Shown: in pieces, positions 35,092 to 41,449 of the stretch | Layout: the number at the start of each line of letters is the position of its first letter | Numbering within the stretch: position 1 is the first letter of the stretch | Source of the DNA: Vermamoeba vermiformis | Lineage: Eukaryota | Direction of reading: 5' to 3' | NCBI GenBank assembly: GCA_045837725.1 | Contig: JBEWZL010000281.1 | Coordinates: 1 to 41,449 of the forward strand | DNA length: 41,449 nucleotides | The notes under the pieces: generated by a model | The model's database searches: none | What the model was told of the DNA's origin: nothing | Seen by the model: only the letters and a program-made list of their open reading frames with translations | Made by a program: the position numbers and the translations under genes

Positions 35092-36603
35092 ATGAGCGAA
35101 TTGACCTCCCCAGCGAGAAACACTCGCTCACGCTCCGCTCAAGGTGGTAACACTCAACAAGAGCCGCCCACGCGTCAACAGGGCAAGAGTAAACGCAAGA
35201 CGCCAGTTCCCGAGCCAGATCCCCATGCTACTGACAGCGGATCAACTGCAAACGGATCGTCCTCGGTGGCAACACCACCATCAACGCCAACACGACAAGG
35301 GGACTCAAGCAACACTGCCCAAGGGAACCAAACGCGTGTCGAGGAAACGGCCACAATTCAGAATATTCCTAATTTGGAAAATTCCGCTGGTTCGCAGACC
35401 GCTGCGGGAGTGAGTTCACCTCCTCCCCAAGGGTCTCAAACTTCGTCTGGCACGTCTGTGGGGTCTTCTACTGATTCTGTTAACGTTACTAGTGTTCGTA
35501 ATACTGGTGGCAGTAGCGTTAACCGATCAGCGGAACAATCAACCTCGGATCGGCAAGCTGGAACGACCCAAGGTGTTGTGATTCCCCAGTACCCCACGCC
35601 ACCTAGTCATAACAATAGTCAAAACGACGATATGAACAAGGCTTACGACCGCGCGCGTAGATCCGTTACCGAGAGATTTTCACGGGAGACAGCAGATCCT
35701 GAAGCGTGGCTCAATTTTATGAGATGGACTGCGTCTACTAACAAACTCGATCATGAGGCGCGGAAAAAGCTCATCTGGGAGTGTCTCTCCGAGAGCATCC
35801 AAAAGATCTACTCCGTCGCTCATGAGGTCCGTAAAAGCTCTTACGATAACATAGTCGAATGGTTCGAAGAGTCTTTCGTTGTTAAACGTAGTACTGTCGA
35901 AATCATGCGCGATATCGAAGAGTTGACTTGGGATCACGAGCACGTGCCCTTTTCGAGATTTTTGATTGACTTCGTTTCTGCCATGGGCCCGTTAGCGAAT
36001 AATGACTTTCGTCAACGTATGTGGTTACTGCAAGGCAAACTGCCCGGTTATTTGGGTCAGATGTGCCAAGCGGAATTCCCACGATTTACGTGTTTTGCTG
36101 ACATGACGTCTTGGGTAAATTCGCATGAAAACTTCAAGTTATATGCAGCCCTGACGCCATTGAAGCCCGCTAACAACAATAATCAACCTGTTAATGCTGT
36201 GAGCGACACGTTGCAAAACGTGCAGACTGGTGCTTTGAACCCCAATCTCGAAGTCCTCCAGAAGGTCGACCAGCTCGCTGACAGTATTCAACTAGTTGTC
36301 AATGCCCTTAACTCTTATCAGAGAGGTGGACTTCCGCGTAACCGCTACTACGGATCGAGAGGCGGTCGCGGAAAGAGGGGTGGTCGAGGTGGTTGGTCTA
36401 ATGACCGTGACCGCTCTTCCAAGTCTCATTACGACTCAAAACGTGGAGACAACCCTGCGAAGCACCGTTCTGATAATCGCTATGACGGGAAAGGCGATAA
36501 CCGTCGCGACAGAATGGACGAATCTGACGACTCTGAAACCCAAGAGTCTAAGCGCTCAGGCTCAAAGCCTAATGCAAATCGCAAGCGCAAAAGAGACGAT
36601 TGA
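35092..36603 (+). CDS. gag: Gag
   Basis: 503 aa: S/T/Q-rich N-terminus, capsid-like core (FSRETADPEAWL...), RGG-rich basic tail, no CCHC knuckle. Confidence 0.88.
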   Translation: MSELTSPARNTRSRSAQGGNTQQEPPTRQQGKSKRKTPVPEPDPHATDSGSTANGSSSVATPPSTPTRQGDSSNTAQGNQTRVEETATIQNIPNLENSAGSQTAAGVSSPPPQGSQTSSGTSVGSSTDSVNVTSVRNTGGSSVNRSAEQSTSDRQAGTTQGVVIPQYPTPPSHNNSQNDDMNKAYDRARRSVTERFSRETADPEAWLNFMRWTASTNKLDHEARKKLIWECLSESIQKIYSVAHEVRKSSYDNIVEWFEESFVVKRSTVEIMRDIEELTWDHEHVPFSRFLIDFVSAMGPLANNDFRQRMWLLQGKLPGYLGQMCQAEFPRFTCFADMTSWVNSHENFKLYAALTPLKPANNNNQPVNAVSDTLQNVQTGALNPNLEVLQKVDQLADSIQLVVNALNSYQRGGLPRNRYYGSRGGRGKRGGRGGWSNDRDRSSKSHYDSKRGDNPAKHRSDNRYDGKGDNRRDRMDESDDSETQESKRSGSKPNANRKRKRDD

Positions 36604-39600
36604 CGAGAGGACGAGACCTCTAGCGTCTCTCAACCTGAACCTAACGTGGTGACTACCGTTCATTTGCCCAAAGGCAGCGCCGAACCCCCTGTCTTCGCGT
36701 CTGTCTGTGTGAATGGTCATCAAGTGCCCAAAGCTCTGTTGGACACTGGTGCCGCTGTAACCATCGTTAATAAAGGTTTTGTTGACTCTTTAGGCTTGTC
36801 AATTACTCCTTGTGAGCGTAGCGAGATCGTTGTTGCGAACGATGAACGAATGGCGGTGGATGGTTACGCGCACATCGCTATTCAAATAGCTAAGACTCCT
36901 GTTCGAGTTCATGCCTTATATGTTCCTAATATCGCATATGGACTTATTATTGGCACGAATGTGTTAAAAGCTAGTGGTGTCAAAGTCATGTGCGGAGGCA
37001 AGCAGTTGTGGCCACCGTTATCACCCAACGGTGAAGGCCAAAGCAATGCCAATTGCGCGTTTGTACACAAGGACACAAGGTGTCTTATTAACGCTAACGA
37101 GTCGGTTTCAATTCCTCCACTATGCGGCATGAGCGTACGTGGAAGGATGCGTGGCAAACAGCTCGATGGAGACGTCCTTATCGAGCCCACCAAGCGCACA
37201 ATAACAGACGGCAACGTTGCTAGGCAACTACGCAACGCCAAAGACGGTCTTGTCGATGTTTTCATTACAAACAGCTCTTATAACCAGAGACTGTATATCG
37301 CCAAGGACTCGCCAATTGCTTTTGCATACGACGATGTTTCCTTTTGGTGCGATGAACAAGGGATAGTCTTAACGATAGATATCCTTAATAATAGAGTCCT
37401 AGATGATAATAGTCTGCTCGCGCAAGTAAGCGATGACTCCGCTGAGCATGCCTCGGTCGAAAATTCTGCTGACGAAAAGGAGAAATGTGTAAACCGCAGA
37501 GCAAGACGCGCGTTAGAGAAGCTCGATGGCAAGGCTGAGAGAGTGTATTCCGGCAGAAAACCTCGAAAGAAACGTCGTGGTGACGGATTCGTTGAGGTCA
37601 ATGTCGTGAACTCTTCGAAGTCAGAGTTCTCTAATGAAAAAACAGACGGATGTGACATTGATCCTAATTTGCCATCCAATTATAAACAATCGTTGCTTAA
37701 GCTACTCGACAAGTACTCAGATCTCTGGACCGTTAGTGCGCACACCACAACTCCGCTCGTTAAGCACCCTATTACAACCTTCGGCGAACCGAAGAAACAA
37801 TATCCTTATCGCTTAGCTTATTCAGAGAAACCTTTTGTTGAAAAATACATTACGGACTCTTTAGCAAGCGGAATAATTAGACCATCGAATTCTCCGTGGT
37901 CAAGTCCAATTCTTCTCGTTAAGAAAAAGGACGGTACGAAACGTTTTTGCGTTGATTATCGACAGTTGAACGCAGTCACCAAAAAGGATGTTCATCCTAT
38001 TCCCAGAGTCGAAGATGTGCTGGAACGACTTGACGGGATGCGTTACTTCACGACTCTAGATCTCGTTCAGTCTTACTATCAGATCGAAGTCGAAGAGCGT
38101 GATAAGGAAAAGACTGCATTCATTACTGATCAAGGCTCATTTGAATATAATGTTATGCCTTTCGGGTTAACGAACGCTCCGTCGACATTTCAGAGACTCA
38201 TGAACTTAGTACTCGCCGGTTTGAACTGGCAGATGTGCCTCGTTTATATCGATGATATTTTGATATTTTCGAAGACATTTGAAGAGCACTTAGATCATTT
38301 AGAATTAGTCTTTGATCGTCTTCGTGCAGCGAATCTAAAACTCAAACTGTCGAAATGCAAATTCGCGTATCCAACAACGATATACTTAGGACATTGTATT
38401 GGTGCGAATGGTGTCTCACCTGATCCAGCCAAACTTGAGGCTATTAAGCGAATTGACCCGTCAACTTGGAAAAGTGTCACGGATGTCAAGTCCTTTTTAG
38501 GAATGACCGGATATTATCGGAGATTTGTTAAAGATTACGCTACAATAGCGAAAGACTTGACAGAAATGCTCCGCAAAGACGTAGATTTCAAAATGTCGCG
38601 TAGACGCGTTCGATCTGCTAAGCGCCTACGAGATGCGTTATGCACTGCACCCATTCTCGCTTATCCAAAGTGGGAATTGCCATTCATCGTTCAGGTGGAT
38701 GCAAGCAACATCGGGATGGGAGGAGTGTTAACGCAGATCCACCCTAAGACTGGTGAACACCCGGTCGCGTATTTCTCGCGTAAATTTACGCCTTCTGAAC
38801 AAAAGTACGCAGTGATGGAACGAGAGTGTTTAGCGATGGTGGAATCTATCAAATACTTTAGACCGTATATTTATGGTCAGAAGTTTACGGTAGTGACAGA
38901 TCATAAACCTCTCGAACACATCCACTCTTTTAAGTCGCATAACGGAAGAGTAGCGCGTTGGGATATGGCATTAGCTGATTATAACTTTCAAGTTATAGCT
39001 AGACCTGGCAAAGATAACGCGAACGCGGATGCATTATCCCGTTTGTTTGTCAGTACGGTGTCAATGTATACCAAATCAAAGTCAATCGACGACATTTCAC
39101 CCGAATATCTCAACACTCGCAATCCTGAAGTAATGCGCGCTAAACAGCTCGAAGACCCAAAGCTAAGTACTATTATGCAATATTTAGAGAATGATATCGC
39201 ACCCGATGACCCGAGAGAAAGAGCAATCTTAATTAAGGAATCGGATCAATATTATATTAAAAAGGGCGTTTTATATCATTTATTTTGGCCTAGTCGCAAG
39301 CGTAAATTTACTTCGCGACTTCGCCTGGCAATTCCAGAATCAATGCACAATGATATTTTAACAGCTTATCACAATGATCCGCTCGGAGCCCATCAAGGTA
39401 TTCAACGCACCTTTGAGCTCATCTCATCGAAGTACTATTGGCCTGGTCTCTACCGAAGTGTCAACGACCATGTCAGAAATTGCATCAAGTGCATCGCCAA
39501 GAAAACGCCGCGTCTCAAGAAAGCTGGATTAATGCAACCAATCCGTGTCTCAGAACGAATGGAGACTATGGGAGTTGATATTCTCGGTCCTTTACCAATG

Positions 39601-41148
39601 TCAAAAGGGAAGTACCGATACATCCTTGTTTTCAGCGATTATTTTACAAAATACCCTGTCTGCGTACCCACGCGTGACATAGAAGCACCTACTATTGCTA
39701 GAGCTATGATTGATCACGTATTTCTCGAATTAGGATTTCCTCGTAAACTGGTCTCAGATCGCGGTTCACAATTCCTCAGTGACATCGTCCAAGAAATCTG
39801 TCATCAACTCAAGATCGACAAAGTTCAGTCTACAGCGTATCACCCTCAGACCGACGGTCTCGTCGAACGGTTTAATCACACGTTGTGTGTTATGCTGTCG
39901 ATGTACTGTCACGACAACAACGCTGATTGGGCTAAATATCTCAAATACGTCGTGCACGCGTACCGGTGCACTCCTCACCCTTCTACTGGTGTTACACCAT
40001 ATGAAGCGCTGAATTTCAGGATTCCGAATTCGCTGATGGATGTGCAATTACCCGTCGCGTCACATGTCAAGGCTCGAAAGGCGCAAGATTTGTTAAAAGA
40101 ACTCGCTTTTGGTCACGACTTGATGACTAAGCAAATTAGACAGCGTATTCTCGACGCTCAAGAATACCAAGCCGACTTCTACAACAGAAATCGCCGCAAC
40201 GTACACTACAAGGTTGGCCGACGAGTTTGGTTCTTCTGGCCTATGCGTAATGCATACAACCAAGTCACTAAGCTCAGTCTCCCGTGGTCTGGCCCATACT
40301 TCATCGCCAAACAGAAATCAGCGGTGACGTATCGCCTGATGAAGCCTGATGGATCCCTATTTAAGCAAGTAGTTCACGTTGATCGTTTAAAACCGTGCAC
40401 ATCTACGAATGATATTCCTACAGAATTCGTCTCTCTGCACGCCAACGACAGTTTCGACCCCGAGATCGAGACATCCGATCGCGAACCCACCTACACACCC
40501 GTCATTATCGACAAAATTCCAACTACTCAAATAGTTGTACCTGAATATAATGACGATACCATCCAACATGATCATGAAGAGGAGCCCGAAAACGAATCTC
40601 CTGAGATCAGATCTGTTTTGGATTTATTACACGAAGAGTACTACACTCTTCGCCGTAAGTTCGAATTTAGCCGTGAAATTAAAGGCAAACAAAGACGTAA
40701 TCTTAAGAGCAAAATTAAAACACTTTGGCGGAAAATTGCAAAACTCGAATCCGATCCAAAATTAGATCATGCTAAATTTAACGACGATAATAAGGACAAT
40801 TTACAGTCTAATGAATTTAAGACAATTCCTTTTAAAGAGAGAACCGAAGATTTTATACAACCTTTCGTTCTTAAAGAATTGTTTAAAGCGCTAGTTGATC
40901 TATACTTAGCATATCGAGACAAACAATTATCGGAAAAATTCAAATTCTCGAGTGTACGCACAGAATTACGTGATTTATTTAGGATGCCGCACATCCCAGA
41001 CACGAAGCGACAACAATTTTTCCGTAGCCAGATCAAACTGATCAACTCCAAGGACGCCTTGCTGGATTTCCTGCACGACTGCCTTTCGCGCTTTGTCCAA
41101 GTCTTCGCTCACGAGATCGTCGCCATTCAACAGAAGAGCTCTCAGTAG
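36604..41148 (+). CDS. pol: Pol polyprotein (protease, RT, RNase H, integrase), in frame with gag
   Basis: LLDTGA, RFCVDYRQLN, YIDD, VDAS/TDHKPL, HHCC, SDRGSQF, AYHPQTDGLVERFN, WSGPY. The frame is open from the codon after the gag stop. Confidence 0.96.
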   Translation, partial: REDETSSVSQPEPNVVTTVHLPKGSAEPPVFASVCVNGHQVPKALLDTGAAVTIVNKGFVDSLGLSITPCERSEIVVANDERMAVDGYAHIAIQIAKTPVRVHALYVPNIAYGLIIGTNVLKASGVKVMCGGKQLWPPLSPNGEGQSNANCAFVHKDTRCLINANESVSIPPLCGMSVRGRMRGKQLDGDVLIEPTKRTITDGNVARQLRNAKDGLVDVFITNSSYNQRLYIAKDSPIAFAYDDVSFWCDEQGIVLTIDILNNRVLDDNSLLAQVSDDSAEHASVENSADEKEKCVNRRARRALEKLDGKAERVYSGRKPRKKRRGDGFVEVNVVNSSKSEFSNEKTDGCDIDPNLPSNYKQSLLKLLDKYSDLWTVSAHTTTPLVKHPITTFGEPKKQYPYRLAYSEKPFVEKYITDSLASGIIRPSNSPWSSPILLVKKKDGTKRFCVDYRQLNAVTKKDVHPIPRVEDVLERLDGMRYFTTLDLVQSYYQIEVEERDKEKTAFITDQGSFEYNVMPFGLTNAPSTFQRLMNLVLAGLNWQMCLVYIDDILIFSKTFEEHLDHLELVFDRLRAANLKLKLSKCKFAYPTTIYLGHCIGANGVSPDPAKLEAIKRIDPSTWKSVTDVKSFLGMTGYYRRFVKDYATIAKDLTEMLRKDVDFKMSRRRVRSAKRLRDALCTAPILAYPKWELPFIVQVDASNIGMGGVLTQIHPKTGEHPVAYFSRKFTPSEQKYAVMERECLAMVESIKYFRPYIYGQKFTVVTDHKPLEHIHSFKSHNGRVARWDMALADYNFQVIARPGKDNANADALSRLFVSTVSMYTKSKSIDDISPEYLNTRNPEVMRAKQLEDPKLSTIMQYLENDIAPDDPRERAILIKESDQYYIKKGVLYHLFWPSRKRKFTSRLRLAIPESMHNDILTAYHNDPLGAHQGIQRTFELISSKYYWPGLYRSVNDHVRNCIKCIAKKTPRLKKAGLMQPIRVSERMETMGVDILGPLPMSKGKYRYILVFSDYFTKYPVCVPTRDIEAPTIARAMIDHVFLELGFPRKLVSDRGSQFLSDIVQEICHQLKIDKVQSTAYHPQTDGLVERFNHTLCVMLSMYCHDNNADWAKYLKYVVHAYRCTPHPSTGVTPYEALNFRIPNSLMDVQLPVASHVKARKAQDLLKELAFGHDLMTKQIRQRILDAQEYQADFYNRNRRNVHYKVGRRVWFFWPMRNAYNQVTKLSLPWSGPYFIAKQKSAVTYRLMKPDGSLFKQVVHVDRLKPCTSTNDIPTEFVSLHANDSFDPEIETSDREPTYTPVIIDKIPTTQIVVPEYNDDTIQHDHEEEPENESPEIRSVLDLLHEEYYTLRRKFEFSREIKGKQRRNLKSKIKTLWRKIAKLESDPKLDHAKFNDDNKDNLQSNEFKTIPFKERTEDFIQPFVLKELFKALVDLYLAYRDKQLSEKFKFSSVRTELRDLFRMPHIPDTKRQQFFRSQIKLINSKDALLDFLHDCLSRFVQVFAHEIVAIQQKSSQ

Positions 41149-41273
41149 CCTGTGCCGAGTCTGCATTGCCGCCACGTTAATCAATCAACACGATATATTT
41201 AAAACGTATTAGTTTATTTACTAGTACAAACTACATCTTACATACACTTCGGGAGAAGTGCTCTCTTTTCTTT

Positions 41274-41285
41274 AGGAGGGAGGAA
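41274..41285 (+). other. Polypurine tract
   Basis: AGGAGGGAGGAA directly abuts the 3' LTR. Confidence 0.9.
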
Positions 41286-41448
41286 TGTAATGATGTACTC
41301 ATACAATAAACGTGAGAACGTCAGCGTGTCAGGTGCGTGGTTAAGCCACGGTAAATCCCGACTTAACGGAAACCTGGCGGGTATAAAAACCCTGCCAATC
41401 TCTTTCCGTCCTGACCTTCTTCACACCCACTACGAGCACTACATTACA
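41286..41448 (+). repeat. 3' LTR
   Basis: Identical by eye to 34850-35012. Confidence 0.96.
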
Positions 41449-41449
41449 T

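Larger units (their letters stand above)
34850..41448 (+). mobile_element. Full-length Ty3/Gypsy LTR retrotransposon
   Basis: Two 163-bp LTRs, PBS, gag, pol in PR-RT-RH-IN order, PPT. Confidence 0.97.

Noticed and set aside
36646-36648. GTG start for pol
   Set aside because: Prokaryotic-style start call; the frame is open from the gag stop.
36296-36652. Overlapping ORF suggesting a gag-pol frameshift
   Set aside because: gag and pol are already in the same frame, and this ORF stops at 36652.
1-41449. Prokaryotic, phage or CRISPR locus (prompted by the S74 domain)
   Set aside because: Pervasive spliceosomal introns, including within the S74 domain; no repeat-spacer array.

Overview
Gene-dense, intron-rich eukaryotic DNA with short AT-rich GT-AG introns, some with CTAAC-like branch points. 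It is probably from a protist; an amoebozoan-like origin is only a guess. Manual splicing gives about 20 genes. The most notable is 2579-5174: putative Ig-fold DNA-binding domain, self-cleaving peptidase-S74 (intramolecular chaperone) domain, one transmembrane helix and a plant-receptor-type LRR ectodomain. This is a MYRF/MrfA-like membrane-tethered factor fused to a receptor module. About eight genes carry F-box-like motifs, including an F-box fused to a GTPase-dead eEF1A-like fold, a multi-pass membrane F-box protein and an inverted paralog pair. Other genes: TyrRS, a DUF4140/DUF4139 protein, a MUG/TDG glycosylase, two GPI-type surface proteins and three tiny CaaX proteins sharing an unrecognised motif. 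Mobile DNA: a 1.49-kb non-coding TGT...ACA element with TIRs and a 5-bp TSD, and an intact Ty3/Gypsy element with identical 163-bp LTRs whose gag and pol are in frame, separated by a single UGA. All exon models and domain calls were made by eye.
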